Positions 30,992-39,720 of a DNA stretch of 64,000 nucleotides are shown here, one piece after another. The notes under the pieces are model-generated. The model was not told the DNA's origin, did not search any database, and was given only the letters and a program-made list of their open reading frames with translations. A program made the translations under genes and the position numbers. This DNA comes from an uncultured Bacteroides sp. GTDB taxonomy: Bacteria; Bacteroidota; Bacteroidia; Bacteroidales; Bacteroidaceae. The stretch covers positions 725 to 64,724 of the forward strand of contig CALUFR010000027.1 of NCBI GenBank assembly GCA_944319875.1. Direction: 5' to 3'. Position 1 is the first letter of the stretch, and each line of letters begins with the position of its first letter.

Positions 30992-31444
30992 TTATTCCTT
31001 GTTCTTGGTGTCTATGCAGATGGTGACGGGGCCGTCGTTCAGTAGCTCCACCTTCATGTCTGCACCGAATTCTCCCGTGCCTATATCCTTGCCCAATGCG
31101 CTCGAGAGTTCCCGGCAGAACTGTTCGTAAAGGGGGATGGCCGTCTCGGGCTTGGCGGCGTGGATGTATGACGGGCGGTTTCCTTTCTTCGTCGAGGCGT
31201 GCAATGTGAACTGGCTGATGACGAGGATATCGCCTCCTGCATCGAGAATAGATCGGTTCATTACGCCGTTTTCATCGTCGAAAATGCGCAGGTTCACGAT
31301 TTTCTTGCAGAGCCAGTCAATATCTTCTTGCCCGTCGGCTTCCTCGATGCCTACCAGTATCAGGAGGCCTTTCCCGATGGCTGATTTGCAGGTACCGTCA
31401 ATGGTTACCGAGGCGTGTCCCGTGCGTTGTATTACTACTCTCAT
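30992..31444 (-). CDS. dtd: D-aminoacyl-tRNA deacylase
   Basis: MRVVIQR, SQFTL, NDGPVT motifs. Confidence 0.96.
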   Translation of the reverse strand: MRVVIQRTGHASVTIDGTCKSAIGKGLLILVGIEEADGQEDIDWLCKKIVNLRIFDDENGVMNRSILDAGGDILVISQFTLHASTKKGNRPSYIHAAKPETAIPLYEQFCRELSSALGKDIGTGEFGADMKVELLNDGPVTICIDTKNKE

Positions 31445-31528
31445 GGTTGTTTTTATTTGTTTTATTTAATATAATATTCTGATTTAAAGCGATTTGTCGT
31501 TTACGGCCTTTTTGTAACAGCCTTGGCT

Positions 31529-31640
31529 CCTCACACTACGCTTCGTGAGGTCCTCACGCCACGCTTCGTGACCACCTCACGGCACGTGTCGTGGCATCCT
31601 CACACCACGGGGCGTTACATCCTCACAAACCGTGTCGTTC
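31529..31640. repeat. Five-unit 23-bp tandem repeat element
   Basis: CCTCAC starts at 31529, 31552, 31575, 31598, 31621. Confidence 0.9.
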
Positions 31641-31798
31641 TTAACCCTCGTATTGAACTCATGTTCTTTTAGGATTTATGTACTCTCCAATGGGCAAAGA
31701 TACGAATATTTTGCTAAAATGCGCTGCTTTCAATATGTGTCGGGATGTATTTAACGGGAATTTTATTCTATATAATGTGGATGCGGGGATAGCCGGGG

Positions 31799-33637
31799 TC
31801 AATCTTTCGCCGAGGCCTGGAAATGTATTTGCAGAATGCGTGCCTTTGCTTCGCCTACGACGGCAGCCCATTCCTGCGGGGTGGCTTCTCGGATGCGCTT
31901 CACACTCTTGAATTCTTTCAGCAGGGCGTTTTTGCTCTTTTCACCGATTCCTTTTATCTCGTCCAGTTCCGAAGCGGTCTGTCGCTTGCTGCGCTTGTCG
32001 CGATGGAAAGTGATGGCATAGCGGTGTACTTCGTCTTGTATGCGGGTCAGGAGGCGGAAAAGGGGAGTACCCTGCTTCAGGCCGATGGTTTGGGGCGGAA
32101 ATCCGAAAAGCAGTTCATTGGTACGATGGCGGTTGTCTTTGGCCAGTCCGGCGATAGGGATGTCCAGCCCGAGCTCGTCTATCACTTCTTTTACGGCACT
32201 CATTTGCCCCTTTCCACCGTCGGTGATAAGGAGGTCGGGCAGGGGAGTGTTCTCTTCTATAGCACGCTTATAACGCCTCATGACAACCTCTTTCATCGAG
32301 GCATAGTCGTCGGGGCCTTCTACGGTTTTGATGTTATACTTGCGATAGTCCCGTTTCGATGGTTTCCCCTTGATGAAGACCACACATCCCGCCACGGGAT
32401 CGGAGCCTTGTATGTTCGAATTGTCGAAGCATTCGATGCGCAGGGGGAGGCGCTCCAGGTGTAGCTGTTGTTGAATTTCCTTTAGTAGCCGCGTGATGCG
32501 TTGTTCGGGGTTTAGTTTCTCCTCTTGCTTCAGGCGGTCTACCTTGTACTGCTTTACGTTTTGGATGGACAGTTCGAGTAGCTTTTTCTTGTCGCCCCGT
32601 TGGGGGACGGTGAAAGTCACGTCCTTTAGCTCCATGTTCAGTTCGAAGGGAACGATGATTTCGCGTGAGCGGCTTTTGTAGCGTTCGCGCATTTCAATGA
32701 TGCCCAGCTGGAGCAGTTCTTCCTTGGTTTCCTCGAGGCGCTTCTTGTATTCGAAGGTGAAAGCCTGGTTGATGGCACCGTTTGTGATATGCAGATAGTT
32801 GATAAAAGCGGCCTTTTCATCGCTATCTTCCTCGATGGAGAAAACATCAATATTATGTAGCACGTTGCTGACTACTTCTGACTTTGCCCGGTAGTTTTCA
32901 ATTAGCAGGTATTTCTCCTTCACTCTCTGTGCTTCTTCAAATCTCATTTCGGTGGCCAACTCTTGCATCTGTTGGTATAGTAATTGCTCTATCTCCCGGG
33001 TATTCCCTTTCAGGATTTCTTTGATTTCACCGATGTTTTTCATATACTCTTCCTGGCTTTGTTTCCCGATGCAGGGACCTGCGCAGTTCTTGATGTGGTA
33101 CTCCAGACAGACATTGAATTTGCCCGCCCGGATATTCTCCGGGCTGAGGTTTAAGTTGCAGGTACGGATGGGATACAAGTGTTTGATGAGGTCAAGAACG
33201 GCATACATGGAAGGCAGATGACTGTAGGGACCGTAGTAAGACGAACCGTTGCGGATGATTCGGCGTGTTTTGATGATACGCGGGAAGTATTCGTTCTGTA
33301 TGCAGATGGAAGGGTAGGTCTTGTCGTCTTTCAGCAGAACGTTGTAGCGCGGCTTGTACTTTTTGATGAGGTTGTTTTCCAGTAACAAGGCGTCCTCTTC
33401 GGTGTTGACCACAATATATCTGATGTCGGCAATCTTGCTCACCAGTACGCGTGTCTTACCGGGACCGTGATCTCGGTTGAAGTAGGAAGAAACTCTCCGT
33501 TTTAGGTTTTTTGCTTTTCCTACGTAGATAATGATTCCCTCCGCATTCAGGTACTGGTAGATGCCGGGACTTTCTGGCAGGCTCAGTACAATGCCTTTCA
33601 GGTAGTCGTTGAGTTTTAGTTCTGGGTTTTTATCCAT
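31799..33637 (-). CDS. uvrC: Excinuclease ABC subunit C
   Basis: GIY-YIG (PGIY...IYVGKAKNL), IECFDNS, DGGKGQ, C-terminal HhH. Confidence 0.97.
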   Translation of the reverse strand: MDKNPELKLNDYLKGIVLSLPESPGIYQYLNAEGIIIYVGKAKNLKRRVSSYFNRDHGPGKTRVLVSKIADIRYIVVNTEEDALLLENNLIKKYKPRYNVLLKDDKTYPSICIQNEYFPRIIKTRRIIRNGSSYYGPYSHLPSMYAVLDLIKHLYPIRTCNLNLSPENIRAGKFNVCLEYHIKNCAGPCIGKQSQEEYMKNIGEIKEILKGNTREIEQLLYQQMQELATEMRFEEAQRVKEKYLLIENYRAKSEVVSNVLHNIDVFSIEEDSDEKAAFINYLHITNGAINQAFTFEYKKRLEETKEELLQLGIIEMRERYKSRSREIIVPFELNMELKDVTFTVPQRGDKKKLLELSIQNVKQYKVDRLKQEEKLNPEQRITRLLKEIQQQLHLERLPLRIECFDNSNIQGSDPVAGCVVFIKGKPSKRDYRKYNIKTVEGPDDYASMKEVVMRRYKRAIEENTPLPDLLITDGGKGQMSAVKEVIDELGLDIPIAGLAKDNRHRTNELLFGFPPQTIGLKQGTPLFRLLTRIQDEVHRYAITFHRDKRSKRQTASELDEIKGIGEKSKNALLKEFKSVKRIREATPQEWAAVVGEAKARILQIHFQASAKD

Positions 33638-33673
33638 AGGAGTGGCGCTTGTTGGTAGAAAAATCCGATGAAA

Positions 33674-34198
33674 TCAGAGAGTAAGTACACTTTCTACATC
33701 TATATCCTTGTCGAAAACATCCTTGCCATGTAATTCCTGCAACTCGATGATGAAGTTTACATAGATCTTCTTGGGGTTCATCTGCTTCACTAATTTGCAG
33801 GCGGCGGCCATCGTACCTCCGGTAGCCAGTAGGTCATCGTGTATCAGAACGACGTCGTTTTCATCGATAGCATCCTTGTGCATCTGTACTGTGTCCTTTC
33901 CATATTCTTTTTCATAGCTTTCTTCGATGGTTTCCGCGGGCAGCTTGCCGGGCTTGCGGATGGGAACGAAGCCGGCTCCTAAGCGAGTGGCAAGGATAGG
34001 CCCCATGATGAATCCGCGTGATTCGATGCCTACTACTTTTGTGATGCCTTTGTCCTTATACATTTTGAACATAGTGTCTGAGAGTTCTTGCAATGCTGCG
34101 GGCTCCTTAAAGAGAGTGGTAACATCATAAAACAGAATACCGGGAATGGGGAAATCAGGTATTTCACGAATGCTTTTCTTGAGTGTTTCTTTGCTCAT
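33674..34198 (-). CDS. apt: Adenine phosphoribosyltransferase
   Basis: PDFPIPGILF, GIESRGF, RKPGKLP, DDLLATGGT motifs. Confidence 0.96.
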   Translation of the reverse strand: MSKETLKKSIREIPDFPIPGILFYDVTTLFKEPAALQELSDTMFKMYKDKGITKVVGIESRGFIMGPILATRLGAGFVPIRKPGKLPAETIEESYEKEYGKDTVQMHKDAIDENDVVLIHDDLLATGGTMAAACKLVKQMNPKKIYVNFIIELQELHGKDVFDKDIDVESVLTL

Positions 34199-34231
34199 AA
34201 TCAGTATTTTTATTGAATTTGTTTAATTATT

Positions 34232-34247
34232 TGTTTCACGTGGAACG
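34232..34247. other. parS site between mnmG and apt
   Basis: TGTTTCACGTGGAACG, close match to the parS consensus, intergenic. Confidence 0.8.
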
Positions 34248-34255
34248 CATGCCGT

Positions 34256-36130
34256 TTATCGGCCGCAAAGTACCAGTAAGACGTTGATGTCGCTGGGTGA
34301 TACACCGGGGATGCGACTTGCTTGTGCGATGGTCTCGGGGTCTATCTTTATTAGTTTTTGCCGAGCTTCTGTGGAGAGAGACTGCAAGGAGTTGTAGTCG
34401 AACTTACCTTTGATTTTGATGCTCTCCAATCGTGCAAGTTTGTCTGCTATCATGCGTTCGCGCCCAATGTAACCATCGTATTTGATAAGGATTTCGGCGG
34501 CTTCCAATATTTCGTCACGACGTTCGGTAATCTTGTCCAGTTCGCGGTGGAAAGCGCTAACGTATTCAGCGATGTTGGTAAGGGTTATTTGCGGACGATT
34601 GATGAGGTCTATGAGCTTGCAGCCTTGGCGGAGCGGAGTTGTTCCCAATGCCTCAAGGGCAGAATTAATAAGTGCCGGCTTGATGGAATAGCTGCGGGCG
34701 AAGTCTAAAATATGATTGATGGCTTCGCGCTTGCTTGTCAGCAAATCATAGCGGTGTCGCGTAGCTAATCCAAGGTGGTAGGCTCGTTCGGTGAGGCGCA
34801 TGTCGGCATCGTCCATGCGGAGTAAGATGCGGTATTCGGCTCGCGAGGTGAACATGCGGTAGGGCTCGTCTACCCCTTTTGTCACCAAGTCATCAATGAG
34901 GACGCCAATATAGGCTTCGTCACGTGCTAAAGTGAAGGGCGCACCACCGTGACAATTGATGTGAGCGTTGATGCCTGCAATGATACCCTGTCCGGCCGCT
35001 TCTTCATAGCCCGTGGTTCCGTTCACCTGTCCGGCGAGGAAGAGGTTTCTGACTTTCTTTGTTTCCAGCGTGTGTTTCAGTTGCGTGGGATCGAAGTAGT
35101 CGTACTCGATGGCGTAACCGGGTCGATAGGCCACCAGGTCGCGGAAGGCGGGAATCTTCTTCAGAGCTTCCAGCTGGATGTCCAGAGGGAGGGATGAGGA
35201 AAACCCGTTCAAATAGAGTTCTTGTGTGGTTTCGCCTTCGGGCTCCAAGAAGAGTTGGTGCTGCGGCTTGTCGGGGAAGGTGACGATTTTTGTCTCAATG
35301 CTGGGGCAGTAGCGTGGTCCGATACTCTGTATCTGCCCATTGTAAAGAGGAGAGTCGGACAGACCTTGACGAAGTACTTCATGCACTTCTTCATTGGTGT
35401 AGCATGTCCAGCAAGGCAATTGTTGGAGTTGTCGGGAGGGGGTGTCCAGGAAGGAGAATTTGTGGAAATCCGTCTCGCCATCCTGCACCTCCATATCCTC
35501 GTAATGGACGCTTCGGCCATCGATGCGCACCGGTGTGCCGGTCTTCATCCGCCCATAGCTAATGCCGTGGGCAGCGATGGATTCGGTCAGTTCGTAGGAG
35601 GCGGGTTCGGCCATACGTCCTCCGGGTAGCATGGTTCGTCCCACGTGCATCAGGCCGTTTAGGAATGTTCCGGCGGTAACAATAACGCAACGGGCACGGA
35701 ATGTCACTCCCCACACCGTTTCCACACCTCGCACTTCATCGTCCGATACGAGCAGACGGCGCACAGTGTCTTGCCAGATGTGTAGATGGGGCGTGTTTTC
35801 CAGCACTTCGCGCCAGGCCCAAATGAACTTGGCGCGGTCACATTGAGCCCGCGGGCTCCACATGGCAGGGCCTTTCGAACGGTTGAGCAGGCGGAACTGG
35901 ATGGCGGTGCGGTCTGTCACTAACCCCATGTATCCACCCAAGGCATCGATTTCACGGACAATCTGCCCCTTGGCAATGCCGCCCACGGCTGGATTGCAGC
36001 TCATTTGTCCGATTTTGTTCATGTCCATGGTAATGAGGCATGTCTTCGAACCTAATCGGGCAGCAGCGGCGGCGGCTTCGCATCCGGCATGTCCGGCACC
36101 TATCACAATTACGTCGTAGTTGAATTCCAT
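34256..36130 (-). CDS. mnmG: tRNA uridine-5-carboxymethylaminomethyl synthesis enzyme MnmG (GidA)
   Basis: GAGHAGCEAA, MSCNPAVGG, GPRYCPSIE, GQVNGTTGYEEAA motifs. Confidence 0.97.
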   Translation of the reverse strand: MEFNYDVIVIGAGHAGCEAAAAAARLGSKTCLITMDMNKIGQMSCNPAVGGIAKGQIVREIDALGGYMGLVTDRTAIQFRLLNRSKGPAMWSPRAQCDRAKFIWAWREVLENTPHLHIWQDTVRRLLVSDDEVRGVETVWGVTFRARCVIVTAGTFLNGLMHVGRTMLPGGRMAEPASYELTESIAAHGISYGRMKTGTPVRIDGRSVHYEDMEVQDGETDFHKFSFLDTPSRQLQQLPCWTCYTNEEVHEVLRQGLSDSPLYNGQIQSIGPRYCPSIETKIVTFPDKPQHQLFLEPEGETTQELYLNGFSSSLPLDIQLEALKKIPAFRDLVAYRPGYAIEYDYFDPTQLKHTLETKKVRNLFLAGQVNGTTGYEEAAGQGIIAGINAHINCHGGAPFTLARDEAYIGVLIDDLVTKGVDEPYRMFTSRAEYRILLRMDDADMRLTERAYHLGLATRHRYDLLTSKREAINHILDFARSYSIKPALINSALEALGTTPLRQGCKLIDLINRPQITLTNIAEYVSAFHRELDKITERRDEILEAAEILIKYDGYIGRERMIADKLARLESIKIKGKFDYNSLQSLSTEARQKLIKIDPETIAQASRIPGVSPSDINVLLVLCGR

Positions 36131-36211
36131 TGTTCTCTGCGTATCTTTGCTATTGTGGGGCAAAGGTACGAAAAAAAGAGTTTGGATGTTAGCTTTCCTT
36201 GTGTTGAAGCA

Positions 36212-37282
36212 TCAATCTTTTGTCAGAAGTATGTGCTGTAGCTGCTTGATTTCTTGCTTGCTGACGCCTATCCCTTTATGTAGGTACGTCTTGATGTCGC
36301 CATAGCGACGTTCGGCTTCCTCCTTGGCAGCGTTTAGGAAGTCTTCGCGGGCGGAAAAAAGAGTGGTGATAGTCTCTTGCGAGCGGGAAGGCAGATTGTA
36401 AGCATAGCGGGTGGCCTGCGGAATGTTGAAGTAGTCGTTGCTTAGGCGATAGTCTTCCATGATTTTATCCTCATTAACGTCGAGTGCGGCGAGCACCAAT
36501 GCCGAGACAATACCTGTTCGTCCTTTACCGGAAGAGCAATGGATGATGACGGGATAGTTGTCACGGTCGAGCAGTAGGTCGAATACCTTGCGGTATTGGG
36601 GGGTATATTTTGTAATCAGTTCTCGGTTCATGCGTTTCACGATGCGGTAGACTGTGTCGCTTCGGATACTTCGATCTTGCACGCCTGTTAGGATTTGCTC
36701 CATGTCACCTGTTGCAATTGGGATAGAGACAAGACGGAAATGATTGTGCAAGATAGAGTCACTCTCCTGTAGTTCGTCGGGCGAGCGCAGGTCGATAATG
36801 GTGCGGATACCGAGGTTTTTCAGCTCTTTCAGTGAACCGCACTCCAGGCGATCCATCTTTCCGGAGCGGTAAATCATTCCCCAGCGTGTGCGTTTGTGAT
36901 GGGGGTAAGAAGGATATCCGCCCAAGTCACGGAAGTTCTGTATGCCGGGGATATTGACATTGCGTGTGGCAACTTGTATGTGGTATTTCTCGTTAAAGAC
37001 CAGTTGGTAATAATAGCGTTTGGTAGGATCGGAGGTCACGATGGTCAGATGCTGATCGGCTATGGGAGCACTGGCCACGAGACGGCCTTTTGCGGTGTTT
37101 TCGGGGTCGGTAGAGGCATAGACTTTCACATCACCGGGCAGGGCGGGTACGGTCTCCCATTTCACGATGCTATTGCCCACGTTGTTTTCTTCGCATACAA
37201 CGAAAACACGTGGTCTGGTGTTACTGCACGAAGAGAGCAAGGTGGCCAGCGCAAACAGGCAATATAGTTTCTTATACATCAT
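36212..37282 (-). CDS. Tyrosine-protein phosphatase family lipoprotein
   Basis: Lipobox LSSC, NFRDLGG, HCSSGKGRTG P-loop. Confidence 0.88.
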   Translation of the reverse strand: MMYKKLYCLFALATLLSSCSNTRPRVFVVCEENNVGNSIVKWETVPALPGDVKVYASTDPENTAKGRLVASAPIADQHLTIVTSDPTKRYYYQLVFNEKYHIQVATRNVNIPGIQNFRDLGGYPSYPHHKRTRWGMIYRSGKMDRLECGSLKELKNLGIRTIIDLRSPDELQESDSILHNHFRLVSIPIATGDMEQILTGVQDRSIRSDTVYRIVKRMNRELITKYTPQYRKVFDLLLDRDNYPVIIHCSSGKGRTGIVSALVLAALDVNEDKIMEDYRLSNDYFNIPQATRYAYNLPSRSQETITTLFSAREDFLNAAKEEAERRYGDIKTYLHKGIGVSKQEIKQLQHILLTKD

Positions 37283-37363
37283 ACTTGTGACCTATACTTG
37301 AAAAATCAGCTTGTCACAAATATAAGTAAATTGCCCACAAGGCGTATTGGCCGGGCAGGCCTT

Positions 37364-38299
37364 TTAGGCTTCTTTTTCTATCTTTAAATTTTCTGCAAAT
37401 TCTTTGGAGACACAGTTGTCCAGGCTTCGGCACGATTCAGCGGCAAAAGCGATGCCGTAGTCCATCACGCGGTTCCAGCCGTCTTCGTCCAGGTCGTTCA
37501 GGCCGTCATGGCGCACGCCATACTTCAATAACCCGTAGATGATGCCGGCGTTAAAGCTGTCGCCCGCACCGACGGTGCTGACGGTCTCGACCGGAGAGAT
37601 GGGGTAGTCCCGGCTGACGCGGGTCGTGCGCAGGGCAATGTCCCGGTTGGCGGCGGTACAGATGAAGTTAGGGCAGTAGAACTTGATTTTGTCCTTGTAG
37701 ATTTTCTCCACGTCCTGCAGATTGTACATGTAGAAGAAGTCGTCCACCGAGCCGCGGACGATATCGGCGTATTCCAGGTTCTCGATGATGGTCGGTGCCA
37801 GTCGGATGGCTTCTTCCTTGTGGGTAGAGCGGAAGTTGGGGTCATAGTAGATGATGGCCTTTCGGGAGCGTGCCAACTCCAGCAGTTCCAAGATTTTGTC
37901 GCGCAGCACGGGGTTCAGGGCATAATAGGAACCCAGGATGACGATGTCGTCCTCCTCTATTTCGGGCCATGCCACGTCAAGTCGCTGGCGGGGATAGTCC
38001 CTGTAGAAGAGGTAACTGGCGTCGTTCCGTTCGTTGAGGAAAGCAAGCGACACGGGCGATTTGCCGTCGGGGAAGACATTGACGTGGTCCGTGGGCATGC
38101 CGTTGTCGCGCATGAACCGGAGGATGATATCGCCTACCTGGTCGTTGCCCGTCTCGCTGATGAAGCGGATGGGGACGCCCGCACGCGCCAGGGATACGAG
38201 GGTGTTGAATACTGAACCGCCAGGTACGGCTACCGTGGGCTGTCCGTCGCGGAAGAGAATGTCGAGAATGGTTTCTCCGATACCGATTACTTTTCGCAT
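37364..38299 (-). CDS. PfkB family carbohydrate kinase
   Basis: GIGETILD, PGGS, YDPNFR, STVGAGDSF motifs. Confidence 0.9.
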   Translation of the reverse strand: MRKVIGIGETILDILFRDGQPTVAVPGGSVFNTLVSLARAGVPIRFISETGNDQVGDIILRFMRDNGMPTDHVNVFPDGKSPVSLAFLNERNDASYLFYRDYPRQRLDVAWPEIEEDDIVILGSYYALNPVLRDKILELLELARSRKAIIYYDPNFRSTHKEEAIRLAPTIIENLEYADIVRGSVDDFFYMYNLQDVEKIYKDKIKFYCPNFICTAANRDIALRTTRVSRDYPISPVETVSTVGAGDSFNAGIIYGLLKYGVRHDGLNDLDEDGWNRVMDYGIAFAAESCRSLDNCVSKEFAENLKIEKEA

Positions 38300-38399
38300 A
38301 ATGAAAATGGTGTTGTCGGGTGCAAATATCCGCAATTTTCCATAAACGGCAATAGGTTTTGTTGTATTTTTGCGGGCACAAACCAGTAGAGGACAGAGA

Positions 38400-39650
38400 A
38401 TGAAAACATTGGATAGAGAGAAACCGGAGTATCATGTGTACACGTTGGCCAACGGCTTGCGCATCATCAACGAACCATTGCGTTCGAAGGTCGCTTATTG
38501 TGGCTTTGCCGTTGACACTGGCACGCGCGACGAACGTGAACGGGAGCAAGGTATGGCGCATTTCGTGGAGCACCTGATATTCAAGGGTACCCGCAAGCGC
38601 AAGGCGTGGCATATCCTGAACCGCATGGAGAATGTGGGCGGTGATTTGAATGCCTATACCAACAAGGAGGAAACGGTCATCTATTCAGCCTTCTTGGTGG
38701 AGCATTTTAGCCGGGCTTTTGAACTGCTTGCCGACATCGTGTTCCATTCCACCTTCCCGCAACGTGAGATAGAAAAGGAGACGGAAGTCATCATTGACGA
38801 GATACAGTCTTACGAGGACAACCCTGCGGAATTGATATTCGATGACTTTGAGGACTTGATTTTCCGCGGCCATCCGTTAGGCAGGAACATCCTAGGATGT
38901 CCGGAGTTGCTTCGCACATTCCGTACGGAGAATGCGATGGATTTCACCCGCCGGTATTACCGTCCGGACAACATGGTGTTTTTTGTCCTGGGCGATGTGG
39001 ACTTCCGGTGTGTGGTCCGGCTGGCGGAGAAGTATGTGGGAGACATACATCCGGTGGAGTCTGCCGATGAAAAAGGACGGGAAAAGCCTTTGCCTTACGT
39101 GCCCGACCGCCTGGTGCTGGACAAAGGAACGGCGCAGGCGCATGTCATGATAGGCGGACGGGGGTATGACGCCTACAACCCGAAGCGCACGGCACTCTAC
39201 CTGCTCAACAACCTCTTGGGTGGTCCGGGGATGAATAGCCGCCTGAATGTGGCCTTGCGTGAGCGGCGCGGGCTGGTGTACAATGTGGAGTCCAACCTGA
39301 CGGCTTACACCGATACGGGGACTTTCTGTATCTATTTTGGTTGTGACCAGGCTGATGTCCGCCGTTGCACCCGGCTGGTCTATCAGGAGTTGAAGCGTCT
39401 GCGGGAGAAGCGTCTGACGCCTTCACAACTGGCGGCCGCCAAGAAGCAACTGATAGGTCAGATAGGCGTAGCTTCCGACAATAACGAGAACAACGCCCTC
39501 GGCATGGCCAAGACCTTCCTTCACTACAATCGCTACGAGTCGCAGGAAGCCGTGTGCCGCCGCATTGACTCCCTTACCGCCGACGAGCTTTGGGAGGTTG
39601 CCAACGAGATGCTTGCCGAAGACTATCTGTCGGCATTGATTTATAAATAG
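38400..39650 (+). CDS. M16 (pitrilysin) family zinc peptidase
   Basis: HFVEH (HxxEH), NAYT, SRL..LRERRGLVY motifs. Confidence 0.92.
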   Translation: MKTLDREKPEYHVYTLANGLRIINEPLRSKVAYCGFAVDTGTRDEREREQGMAHFVEHLIFKGTRKRKAWHILNRMENVGGDLNAYTNKEETVIYSAFLVEHFSRAFELLADIVFHSTFPQREIEKETEVIIDEIQSYEDNPAELIFDDFEDLIFRGHPLGRNILGCPELLRTFRTENAMDFTRRYYRPDNMVFFVLGDVDFRCVVRLAEKYVGDIHPVESADEKGREKPLPYVPDRLVLDKGTAQAHVMIGGRGYDAYNPKRTALYLLNNLLGGPGMNSRLNVALRERRGLVYNVESNLTAYTDTGTFCIYFGCDQADVRRCTRLVYQELKRLREKRLTPSQLAAAKKQLIGQIGVASDNNENNALGMAKTFLHYNRYESQEAVCRRIDSLTADELWEVANEMLAEDYLSALIYK

Positions 39651-39652
39651 GT

Positions 39653-39720
39653 TTACGGATGCGGCTCCACCCTCCGCCTGCTGAACTCGCACCCGCAATA
39701 CTGCTGGTTGTAGAAACCGT
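39653..39720 (-). pseudogene. Displaced 3' end of queH (GFYNQQYCGCEFSRRRVEPHP*)
   Basis: 39665-39715 identical (51 bp) to 41595-41645 inside queH; own stop at 39653-39655. Confidence 0.85.

Noticed and set aside
31529..31640. 23-bp arrays as mini-CRISPR
   Set aside because: Units are contiguous degenerate tandem repeats without unique spacers; no cas genes in the window
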